From a virus (taxonomy: Duplodnaviria; Caudoviricetes): 64,000 nt of DNA. A program made the translations under genes and the position numbers. Positions 26,667 to 35,800 of this stretch are shown here, one piece after another. The stretch spans positions 1 through 64,000 of the IMG/VR virus record IMGVR_UViG_3300021958_000041; one strand, 5' to 3'. Positions within the stretch are counted from its first letter, which is position 1. Every line of letters begins with the position of its first letter. The notes under the pieces were generated by a model. The model made no database searches. It worked only from the letters and a program-made list of their open reading frames with translations, and was not told the origin of the DNA.

Positions 26667-28331
26667 ATGAACGAGAAACAGAAGCAACGATTCTGGGAAC
26701 TCAAGGGCAAAAAGTCCCTTACTGCTTCACAGCGTGAAGAGTTGGTTCAACTTGAGGAAAAAGCCCTTAAAAGCGGTTTAGACCTTGAGAACCTTGAACC
26801 TGTCTCTTCTGATTCCCAACTAACTGAAAATGAACTAGCAGAGATTGTCAAGTCTGCCGTAGAAGACCAAGTATTTGGTTTGCGCGAAGAAATACTTGAT
26901 GAAGTCAAAAAAGCTGGTAATACTGAAGAAGTAGAAGAAATTGTAAAAAAGTACGCTACCGAAATCGACCAAGAAGAATTAATTGAAAAACTTGGCGAAA
27001 AGTTCGCTGGCAACCAAGTTAGTCAAGAAGGTCTTGTTGATGCTTTCAAGAGCGCTATTTCAGAATTTAAAACGGAGTCCAAAATGACGCACGAAGAAAA
27101 ATCCTTAGACAGCACTCCATTAATTGAAATGCCATATGGTGATTCAGTTGAGACATTGACTGTTGCACAAAAACAACTTCACAACTTGCTTTGCCGTAAG
27201 CATGTGAATCAAGATATTCCTGAGTCATCACTTAAGAGTGCTGAAGCAAGAGGTCGTCAACGCATGTCTAGGCTTGAGAGCAAAGCTCTTGAAACTCAAG
27301 GTGGTCCAACTGGTACTGTTGGTACTACTGCTGGTCTTGAGTTGTCACGTGTTAATGTTGACCTTTCTAGCCAACTGCAAGAGCGCTTGTATGCAGAATC
27401 TGCTGTAGCAAATCGCTTGATTGGTTCCGAAATCAACATGCCAACAAATCCATTTAAGCTTCCAGTCGTGACTTCACGTCCTGAGTTCAAGCTTCAAAAG
27501 GAAGCAACTGCTGGTGGATATACTAACCCAGCAGATACAGGCACGCAGAATGTAGGTACTGCAAATGTAACTCTTGATACTTTCAAGCTTGTTGGAGTTT
27601 CTGAGTATTCATACGAAGTTGATGAGGATAGCGTTCTTGCAATCCTTCCTATCATCACTAATCAGCTTGCATCTGGCGCAGCAGCTTCTTTTGAGGAAGC
27701 AATTATCAATGGTGATACGTCTGTAACACACATGGATACAGCAATTGCAAACGCTGCTGGCGCACTAGTTGGACCTCCAGTTGTTCCTGCTGTTAATAAT
27801 GCAAATATTGCACAACGTGCGGTAGACGGCATGGTTCACTATGCTCTGGTTACTAACACTGCACAAGATGTTGCTGTTGGTGGCGTATTATCCGCTGCAG
27901 CAATTGGTACACTTAGGTCTGCACTTGGGCCTTATGGATTAAATCCAAGAGACCTTGCACTAATTGTCAGCATTGAGGATTACAATACTTTGTTAATTCA
28001 AGATGAAGTAATGCATAGTGAGAAGTATGGCGCTCAAGGAACTATCCAGAATGGCGTTCTTCCACAAATCTTCGGAATTGATATTGTTCCATCTGCGGCA
28101 ATGAGAACTACTTGTGATGCAACTGGTGTTGATACTGGTGCTGGAGGTAAGTCTCGTTGCTCATTAATTCATGTTCCATCATGGGTTGTTGGAGTACGTC
28201 GTGAGTTTACCGTTGAGGTAGACCAAGACAAAATCGCTCAAGTTAATCAAGTTATTGCTTCCTTCCGCAGGGACTTCAAGCCAATTGGCTCGAATTTCCC
28301 ACACACTGTGTTAGGAACTAACATCGGTTAA
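26667..28331 (+). CDS. Major capsid protein (HK97 fold) with an N-terminal scaffold/delta region
   Basis: Acidic coiled N-terminus, then SYEVDEDSVLAILP...LASGAAASFEEAIINGD...IFGIDIVPS. Follows the protease and is followed by a terminator. Confidence 0.85.
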   Translation: MNEKQKQRFWELKGKKSLTASQREELVQLEEKALKSGLDLENLEPVSSDSQLTENELAEIVKSAVEDQVFGLREEILDEVKKAGNTEEVEEIVKKYATEIDQEELIEKLGEKFAGNQVSQEGLVDAFKSAISEFKTESKMTHEEKSLDSTPLIEMPYGDSVETLTVAQKQLHNLLCRKHVNQDIPESSLKSAEARGRQRMSRLESKALETQGGPTGTVGTTAGLELSRVNVDLSSQLQERLYAESAVANRLIGSEINMPTNPFKLPVVTSRPEFKLQKEATAGGYTNPADTGTQNVGTANVTLDTFKLVGVSEYSYEVDEDSVLAILPIITNQLASGAAASFEEAIINGDTSVTHMDTAIANAAGALVGPPVVPAVNNANIAQRAVDGMVHYALVTNTAQDVAVGGVLSAAAIGTLRSALGPYGLNPRDLALIVSIEDYNTLLIQDEVMHSEKYGAQGTIQNGVLPQIFGIDIVPSAAMRTTCDATGVDTGAGGKSRCSLIHVPSWVVGVRREFTVEVDQDKIAQVNQVIASFRRDFKPIGSNFPHTVLGTNIG

Positions 28332-28355
28332 TAAGACTGATATTCCTTTAAAAAT

Positions 28356-28391
28356 GAGCGCGGTCTTGACAAAACAGACCGCGCTCTTTTT
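28356..28391 (+). terminator. Intrinsic terminator after the capsid gene
   Basis: GAGCGCGGTCT-TGACAAAAC-AGACCGCGCTC-TTTTT. Confidence 0.88.
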
Positions 28392-28403
28392 ATTTATAAA
28401 ATA

Positions 28404-28904
28404 ATGAGATTAGTAAAAAATACAGAATTAAATAATAATGAATTAATTGAGTACAAAGAGTATGACATATTATTAAACTGGAAAAATAGGCATAAAGTAT
28501 TAATTCAATATTGTGATTTACCAACGCCTGCCGTAAGGAAAGACACAGTTTGGTATAATAGAATTTTCGAATTAGATTGGAATAATCCAATTATATTAAA
28601 TTCGCTAGTATCGTTCCCAAGAAGAGTTAGGGATAAAGTAGTTAGAGAACTATTGCATCAATCAGGAATCAAAGATGATGGTAGCTGGAGAATCAAGAAG
28701 AAAAATAACTTAGTTGCATATATATTTGAACTAGCATACAATTTAGGCTTAATGAATGGCATGCCAATTAAACAGGCAAGAAAAACTAAAAATGTTATCA
28801 ACGATGAAGATTCCAAAAAAAATAAACAAAGTATCAGCAAGAAGGTTAGTAAAGGAGAGCGACCTAGGGCCAGAAAAAAAGAAAAACCTATTGCATCTGA
28901 TTAA
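28404..28904 (+). CDS. Hypothetical protein
   Basis: 166 aa with a basic C-terminus. Confidence 0.55.
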   Translation: MRLVKNTELNNNELIEYKEYDILLNWKNRHKVLIQYCDLPTPAVRKDTVWYNRIFELDWNNPIILNSLVSFPRRVRDKVVRELLHQSGIKDDGSWRIKKKNNLVAYIFELAYNLGLMNGMPIKQARKTKNVINDEDSKKNKQSISKKVSKGERPRARKKEKPIASD

Positions 28905-29045
28905 TAACTTTAAAGGTGGAGATACCGCCAATGTATCCGATGTTTTGAGTTCACATTTTCAAGCAAATAAAAATAGAGAAAATAGTGAGTCATTCAAGCA
29001 GAAGAAAATGCTTGATACTCAAAAAATGGACAAAGCTTAATTTGT

Positions 29046-29672
29046 ATGGCTGTATACAATCCATATTGTACTACGGAAGATGTACAGCTACATATAAAAA
29101 ATAACGACATTGCACCTTCCTTAGTAGAAAATTCTATATCTGAAGCATCTAGATATGTGGAGGAATACACAGGAAGATTTTTCCATAAGTATGATTACAC
29201 TACAGATGGCTATCAGGTTCCAGCTCTTGATTTTATAGAAGGTAAGCATATATATTTACCTTTTCCCGTAATAAGCGTCACTGAGCTATTCATTGATGGA
29301 AATTTAATAACCTCCGATGTATATGATTTCCCACAGAAGCCAGTAAAATACAATCACAGAAGTGTAATAGAAATCACAGTAGAAAAAACCTCAGATTTCT
29401 TGGGACAGGTTTCGCAAATCAAAACATCAAATGCGTTAGTAAAAGGAATTTTTGGATTTACTGCGACTTCATCCGTAGACATTCCAGACGATATACAATT
29501 TCCCTCAGGCATAAGAAGAGCCACTACTTTAATTGCAAGTACATTTACGGAAAACAATAGGAAAGAGCAAGTCACACTAGATGGCTCTAGAACTAGCCTA
29601 GCTACTTTTACGATACCCGATGAGGCGCATAGTATACTAAATATGCACAAACGAAATGTAGTAGTCTGCTGA
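29046..29672 (+). CDS. Head-tail connector/adaptor (gp6/gp15-like)
   Basis: YCTTEDV...SEASRYVEEYTGRFF...VKGIFG...IRRATTLIAS, in the expected position. Confidence 0.7.
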   Translation: MAVYNPYCTTEDVQLHIKNNDIAPSLVENSISEASRYVEEYTGRFFHKYDYTTDGYQVPALDFIEGKHIYLPFPVISVTELFIDGNLITSDVYDFPQKPVKYNHRSVIEITVEKTSDFLGQVSQIKTSNALVKGIFGFTATSSVDIPDDIQFPSGIRRATTLIASTFTENNRKEQVTLDGSRTSLATFTIPDEAHSILNMHKRNVVVC

Positions 29673-30181
29673 TGGCCTTAACAATAATCAGTCCAGGCAG
29701 TGCAAGGACAGAGAAACAGTTCCTTAGAGCATCAACAAAAGCTACAACTAGAAAAATTGGTTATGCTACAAAGCTAGCCATGAATGCCGCCAAGAAAGAT
29801 ATTAAGCAAAAAACCAAAAAAAGATACACTGGAAGCTTAAGAGAATCTTATGATGTTCAAAGAGTTGGCGAAGCTGAATATGCACTTCGGGTAGTAGGTT
29901 CAGAAAATTTAATAAAATGGATTGTTCACGAAGAAGGAAGAGGTCCAGTCAATGGAACAAAGGAAAGAAGATTGTATATACCGCTAAGAAAAAAAGGTTA
30001 TGATGCGTATGTACGTGGTAGTTTCGAGGGATTGAAGTGGGGTAAAGATTATGTTTTTGCAATGAAAGCAAAATCAGTAAAAGGTCATAGGCTTCTATAT
30101 AATGCCACAAATGTTGCGAAAGCTAGATTTAAAGCAAGATTTGAACTTCTTTTTGGAACTAAAAGGTTTTTAAGGGGATAA
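29672..30181 (+). CDS. Neck/tail-completion protein (HK97 gp10-like)
   Basis: TGSLRESY...WIVHEEGRG motif, basic, in the expected position. Confidence 0.55.
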   Translation: MALTIISPGSARTEKQFLRASTKATTRKIGYATKLAMNAAKKDIKQKTKKRYTGSLRESYDVQRVGEAEYALRVVGSENLIKWIVHEEGRGPVNGTKERRLYIPLRKKGYDAYVRGSFEGLKWGKDYVFAMKAKSVKGHRLLYNATNVAKARFKARFELLFGTKRFLRG

Positions 30182-30182
30182 T

Positions 30183-30704
30183 ATGCCTATTCCACATATA
30201 TCAGACCCGCTTAGGGAAATAATAAGCCGAATAAAAAGAGAAACGGGAGCTAGTGGCAAACTCTACCCGTGTACTTTTAGTAGAGTCCCATTCAAAAGAG
30301 TTGAAGGCGACCAGCAGCTACCAAACATTACTTTGCAGAATTTTTCCGATGAGGATGAGCCATTCATGGCAGGAAGCAAGCAGAACACAGCATTGTCGGC
30401 AAATGTAGTTAAAACAACACAAACTCTTACTTTTTTGCTTTGTTTTAATATGGATAATGGAATTTATTCTGAAGACGGTGATTCGCAGTTAGGTCTGATG
30501 GATTGGGTCGCTAGATTTAAGGATACGATAGAAATAAATGATGAAGGCTGTCAGGACTTAACTTTGAATGGAACTTGCTTGGAACCGCTTTATACATCCT
30601 TACAAAATACAGAACTAGAAGAATTAAGTTGGGTTCTAGAATTTATAGTAACACTTTATCCTAAACCATTAGCTCGCGGCAGTAGAAGCTTGCCAAGCAG
30701 TTAG
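30183..30704 (+). CDS. Putative tail terminator protein
   Basis: Position and size, with LPNITL...LTFLL...LSWVLEFIV strands. Confidence 0.45.
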   Translation: MPIPHISDPLREIISRIKRETGASGKLYPCTFSRVPFKRVEGDQQLPNITLQNFSDEDEPFMAGSKQNTALSANVVKTTQTLTFLLCFNMDNGIYSEDGDSQLGLMDWVARFKDTIEINDEGCQDLTLNGTCLEPLYTSLQNTELEELSWVLEFIVTLYPKPLARGSRSLPSS

Positions 30705-30723
30705 TAAAATTTTCTAATAAGAG

Positions 30724-30752
30724 TTGACACAAATAGTGCAGACAAGAGAACA
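30724..30752 (+). promoter_or_regulatory. TTGACA box upstream of the tail operon
   Basis: TTGACA at 30724 in the intergenic gap. The -10 is poor. Confidence 0.35.
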
Positions 30753-30776
30753 TTAACAAGTAACAATTGAAAAATC

Positions 30777-31313
30777 ATGGCAACTACAAAAAATATTACA
30801 ATTACTGATTTATTCCCAAGCGCGACAGTTGACGCTACTAGTGGTAGCGAATCTATAACTATCCCGCTTGCTGATTTAAGTTCAGCTACTACTGGTGGTC
30901 TCTCCGCAGCAGAGCTAACTACAGCTAACTCTAATAATGGAGATGGTCGTAAAGTTGGATTTGCATTGATTAGAACAATGGGTAAAGCTCTTGCTGACAT
31001 TAAGTCAACATTTGATGCAATTGATAATGCAGTAAAAGCATGGGCTACGGGAACAGATTTTCTAGTAAATGACTACGTAAAAGACTCTAATAAAATTTTT
31101 AAATGTATAACTAACCACACCGCAGGCAGTACATTTGCTTTAGATGCAGCTTATTGGCAGGAGCAAAATTTAACGCAAGAGCCTGATAATTTCACGATTA
31201 CAGAAAATGCGGCAAGATATGCGTCAGGTAGTTTTGGTACATCAACAATTACTCAAATATTTTCAGTTGGTGTTACTTACGAAGGAACTAACGATATTAA
31301 AAACGAATCTTAA
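30777..31313 (+). CDS. Virion protein with an inserted CBM5/12-like carbohydrate-binding module
   Basis: AWATGTDFLVNDYVKDSNKIFKCITNHTAG.......YW matches the W-x3-G-x2-Y-x2-GD-x-V...Y-x-C...H...W pattern. Confidence 0.55.
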   Translation: MATTKNITITDLFPSATVDATSGSESITIPLADLSSATTGGLSAAELTTANSNNGDGRKVGFALIRTMGKALADIKSTFDAIDNAVKAWATGTDFLVNDYVKDSNKIFKCITNHTAGSTFALDAAYWQEQNLTQEPDNFTITENAARYASGSFGTSTITQIFSVGVTYEGTNDIKNES

Positions 31314-31333
31314 AAAAATAGAGGAAATCAATC

Positions 31334-31690
31334 ATGGCATGTACAATTAATGTAATTTCAAATTTATTCGGAAATGATGACTGGGGTATCGGTGCTGACG
31401 AAGCTGGCTTCAAGGCAATGACCTCTGTTAGTGTTACTGAAAGAGCAGAGAAAGCTGAAGGTAAAGATTCAAAAGGATGTGTGGTAGCTATAGCTTACTA
31501 CAACAAAACATCTGAAGTAAGTCTCGAAGGAATTGGAGACAATAGAAAGTCGGCAGGAGATGTTCTTTCATTAACTTCTGTTAATGTTGATAACGGAACA
31601 GTATACTGCGAAGAAAGCTCTATTGAGTACTCAAATGAGGATTGGGTAAAAACCACCCTTAAGGGAGTAGCTTACGAAAATATAGCTTAA
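31334..31690 (+). CDS. Putative tail tube (major tail) protein
   Basis: 118 aa, beta-rich, lies before the chaperone and tape measure genes. Confidence 0.5.
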   Translation: MACTINVISNLFGNDDWGIGADEAGFKAMTSVSVTERAEKAEGKDSKGCVVAIAYYNKTSEVSLEGIGDNRKSAGDVLSLTSVNVDNGTVYCEESSIEYSNEDWVKTTLKGVAYENIA

Positions 31691-31736
31691 CTTTAAATTA
31701 AACAGCACCCTTTCGTGGTGCATATGAACCTTCTTT

Positions 31737-32186
31737 ATGGAGCAAGAAAATATTTCAAATTTAGATGAAAGAGTCATTCGCAAGGGTGACTCTTTCTTTC
31801 GTACAAAGAACACAGACTTAGCGGTATTGCTTTTAACTATAGGCGTAAAGCCATTCAAGAGTAACCCAATAGTTAGGTCTGTAGATGCAGATGGTAAGGA
31901 AGACTTGTTCTTCAACCTTGAGACGCACAATAACGATGGGACAATAAATTGCCAGCAAGTATTAAGTGATTGGAAAAGAGGGACTGCATATATAGAGGAG
32001 AACCCTAATGACCCAATAGCCGTTGCAATGGCTACAATATTGAACAGGAAGCATTTCATGGAAGTCATTAAGACCAAGAAGAGAACTTTTGAATACAAGT
32101 TAGATGATGGCCCGACAGTTTTTGTAACAGAAGGAACAAAAAAACAAAAAATATTAGAAAAAAAATACGGAAAAAATAAAAAATGA
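31737..32186 (+). CDS. Hypothetical protein
   Basis: 149-aa ORF in the tail operon. Confidence 0.6.
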   Translation: MEQENISNLDERVIRKGDSFFRTKNTDLAVLLLTIGVKPFKSNPIVRSVDADGKEDLFFNLETHNNDGTINCQQVLSDWKRGTAYIEENPNDPIAVAMATILNRKHFMEVIKTKKRTFEYKLDDGPTVFVTEGTKKQKILEKKYGKNKK

Positions 32187-32668
32187 GCGAAGATAAAAAT
32201 ACAAATAGCGAAGAAGAAGAACTAGAGGAAATTCTTGAGATTGCATCAGCAGGAGCTAAAAAGAATGACAAGAATGTAAAGGATGCATTATTGGGCGGTG
32301 GCACTGTTTTTAAAGGTGTAAAACTTAGACCAGTAACGCTATCAAGTTTAGCCATATTGGAAAAACTAGGCTCATCTTTAATTACTGGAGAGGAAAACGG
32401 TAATCATGTAATGGAAGCATTGATATTCCTTTGGGTTCAATCCGAAGACCAAGCAATTGTTAGGGCGGCTACGTTAACTTCTGAATTGGATGATAAGGCA
32501 AATGTGACAGCAAAAGCCTTAGAGCTTGGAGAGCGCCTAGGAATAAGTGATATGCAGGAGTTAGTAGACTGCATGACAACAATGATGTCAGATGCCACAT
32601 CTACTAAGGTGGAAGCTATACCAAGTGAAGAAGCAAAAAAACATAACGCTAAATCAAAAAACAAGTAG
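32183..32668 (+). CDS. Tail assembly chaperone (gpG-like)
   Basis: Upstream of the tape measure gene and ends in an in-frame A AAA AAC slippery site. Confidence 0.7.
   Translation: MSEDKNTNSEEEELEEILEIASAGAKKNDKNVKDALLGGGTVFKGVKLRPVTLSSLAILEKLGSSLITGEENGNHVMEALIFLWVQSEDQAIVRAATLTSELDDKANVTAKALELGERLGISDMQELVDCMTTMMSDATSTKVEAIPSEEAKKHNAKSKNK
32656..32662 (+). other. Programmed -1 ribosomal frameshift site
   Basis: TCA AAA AAC AAG TAG. The -1 frame is open (CAA GTA GAG CCT CCA TTT ATG) into ORF 32680-32889. Confidence 0.75.
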
Positions 32669-32679
32669 AGCCTCCATTT

Positions 32680-32889
32680 ATGATTTCGCTACTCGGCACT
32701 GTGGCGAAAGAAAGTGGAATAAAGGCTCAGGAAATATTTTGGGAGATGCCATTAATCGTAGTTTATGCGTGGGAACATTATTCCTATCGTGTCAACGGAA
32801 TTGACACTAAATCAATATATGAAGATAATAATATGGGGATTGCAGGCTCAGGGGGAGCAATGCTAGACGCACTTTCAAAAATGGATTAA
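32680..32889 (+). CDS. Tail assembly chaperone, frameshifted part (gpT-like)
   Basis: In the -1 frame relative to 32183 and ends 1 nt before the tape measure gene. Confidence 0.65.
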   Translation: MISLLGTVAKESGIKAQEIFWEMPLIVVYAWEHYSYRVNGIDTKSIYEDNNMGIAGSGGAMLDALSKMD

Positions 32890-32890
32890 A

Positions 32891-35800
32891 ATGGCAAGCA
32901 CTAAACATGTAGTACAGTTCAAGGGCGAGGACGCTAACCTGAGGTCTGTATTCAGGAAGATTTCCAATGACCTTCGGGGAATAAGAAGAGATAGTGGTAC
33001 ATCTCTTGACCCGTGGAACAGGAAGTCTTTAATTGCCGCGCAAAATGCCAGAAGAGTATCTAGGCAATTGCAAGCCATGAGGAATAGGGCGATTTCCCTC
33101 AGGTCAACATTTAGTAGATTAGTAACCGCAATGGCTGGAGTCGGAACTACTATTGTCCTGATGAGAACTGCCGCTCATACTGTAGTAAGATTCGAAAAAG
33201 CTATGGGTGAAGTTCTGGCAATTACTAGAGCCACAACTTCTCAATTTGCAATAATGCGAGCAGAAGCTCAAAAGCTTGGTGCTACCACTATGTTTACAGC
33301 ATCACAAGCGGCTGAAGGATTGAAATTCCTTGCAATGGCAGGATTCTCTGCTGGGCAAGCAACGAAATCCTTAAGAGCAACTTTAAATTTGGCGCAAGCT
33401 GGAGCTATGGATTTAGGAACGGCTGCAGACATTGCATCTAATATTTTAACTGCATTCAGAATAAACGCAGAAGGCTTAAATGATGTAGTTGATGATTTAG
33501 CCACAGTAGCATCTAGGTCAAATACAAGCGTTGTGCAGTTAGGCGATGCAATGAAATATGTTTCTGCATCTGCAAGTTCTTATGGAATATCCTTACAGGA
33601 GACATCCGCTGCTATTGGTGTGCTATCTGACGCAGGCATGCAAGCAAGTATGGCTGGTACGGGATTGAGGCAAGTATTTATTAGAATTGCTGGTCAATCA
33701 GCGGCTATGAGACAGGGAATGGCAGCCCTAGGCATAACTTTTGCGGAAATAAATCCTGAGGTTAATTCTTTACAGCAAATATTAGAGCGATTCGCACAGA
33801 CTAGCGTGACTGCCACGCAAGTAAGTGCCATGTTTGGGGCTAGAGCTGCAAATGCATTCAATATTTTGATGCAAGGCAGAGAAAAAGTAAGGTCTCTAAC
33901 AAACGAGATGGCTAACAACTCAGGCAGAGCGCAGGAAATGGCTGATGTAATGGGCAATACATTGTATGGTCAATTAAAGAAAGTTCAGTCTGCGTATGAG
34001 GATTTCTTTCAAACTTTATTTCAAACTGGAGAAGTATCAAATACAATAAGGGAAGCCCTTGAGCTAGTTTCGGGAGTTTTAAACCAAGTATCTGGAAAAC
34101 TTGCAATATTTGAAGATGATTCAGTAACTGGGTGGGGTGAACAAGTATCTGAAACTTATCAAAAAGTTCAGACTTTTATAGAGTCTGCTACTAGACTAGC
34201 AGAAACTTTAGCAAAAGTGGCTATTGCTTTCATAAGCATAAAACTCATTTCTTTTTCCGCTGGAATAATTGGAATGTTAAAGCCAATAGGAGCATTCTCA
34301 CTGCAAATACTAACAGCGGTTGGTCAATTAGGTGTATTTTCGGCAAGAGCGGCAACTGCTGGTTTATCTTCAAAAAAGCTCTCAGGCTCTATAGCAGTAA
34401 CTACTGCTACAATCAAAAAGAATGTTAGCGCTGTTGCTACTTCTCGTATGTCACTTCTTAAGTTAAGAATATCAAAAACTCAACTGAGAATAGCTAACAC
34501 TTTACTTGGTGGTTCATTTACAAAATTAAGAAGTAGTATCCAAAGAGGCAATATGTCTCTTGGAACGAATCGAATTCAAACTACTTTAGCTAGCTTAGGA
34601 ATGAAATCATTTAGCATTGCCACCAGAGGTGCGGCAATAGCTGTCACAGGATTAAGAACAGCAATACAGGCCTTGAAGTATATTATTGGTTCAATACTAG
34701 GCCCATTGGTAGTCCTAATGGTAATAATAGACATGATTGTATTAGCATGGGATTTCTTTGGTTCATCCGCAGAAGATGGAGCGATGGCAGCTCAAAGAGC
34801 AGTTCAGCAACTAACTGATGAAGTAGAAGCATTAAAAAGAAATCTAGATAAAGCGGAATTTGCCATAGACATAGAAAAAAATGAAAGAGGTAAATACACA
34901 GAAAAGTCAGATGATGGAGTAAAAAGGTTTCAAGGCGTAGAAATTAAAGCAATCAAAGATGTAAGCAACTTGATGGAATATCATGCTTTGCTTGGTTTAG
35001 TTGATGAAGAGCTACATAAAGCCGCGCGTACCGCAGAAAATTTGGAAGATGCAATAAGCCTTGCTAATTCGCAAGGAGACGATGGTGCGGTATCAGCCCT
35101 ACAAGCTCAAAAAGTAGAAATAAATGAAGTTATTTCAAAACTGGAGGAGAAGAAATCCACTCTAGAAGGAATGGAAGGTTACGTTAAACAACAAGTAGCT
35201 GCCGTAAAATTAAAAAGTGCAGTTGATGCTTTAGCGGAAGCAACAAGAAAATATAATTCCATAGCCGAAGGTGAAGAAACTATAAATAATTACCTTAGGC
35301 AGAAAAATATTGTAGACCAATTACGCCTATCCATAGCCGACTTAAATGACGAAGAAAGAAAAAGAGAAACTAGAGAGGCTGACCAAGAAGTAGCGAAAGC
35401 TAAATCTGATTTACGAAAAACCCTTGATGACCCAGACGCAGATGACAAAACAAAGCAAAGAGCAAGAAATGCATTAAATAGAGCAGAAGGGAAAAGGCGT
35501 TTGCTCAATTTTTCCGATAATGTAACAGGGGTGGATAGAGGAGATAGAGAAACTAGAGCTAGAGCAGAATTATCATCAGACCAACTTGGGCTATTAGCAG
35601 GAAAAAGTGAAGAGCTGCAGGAGTTAAGAATGAAAATAGCTCTAGATAAACCAGAAGATGCGATTGATGTATTAGAGCGCGTAAAGAAACTGCGAGAAGA
35701 GTTAAGCGAAGCTGGCATTACAACAATAACAAAAGAAGATACTGACACTAGTGAGGGAATGCTTAAGGCTATTAAAACAACTCAAAATTTACTAGACCTT

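Noticed and set aside
28756-29040. Overlapping alternative-frame ORF or frameshift product of 28404
   Set aside because: 148-nt overlap, no recognisable motif and no evidence for recoding. A short real gene in 28905-29040 cannot be excluded
31705-31721. Hairpin GCACC...GGTGC after the tail tube gene as a terminator
   Set aside because: Only a short stem and no U-tract. It could be a processing or stability hairpin but is unsupported
32635-32646. Alternative slippery site A AAA AAA in the tail chaperone gene
   Set aside because: The -1 frame hits TAA at 32644-32646 immediately
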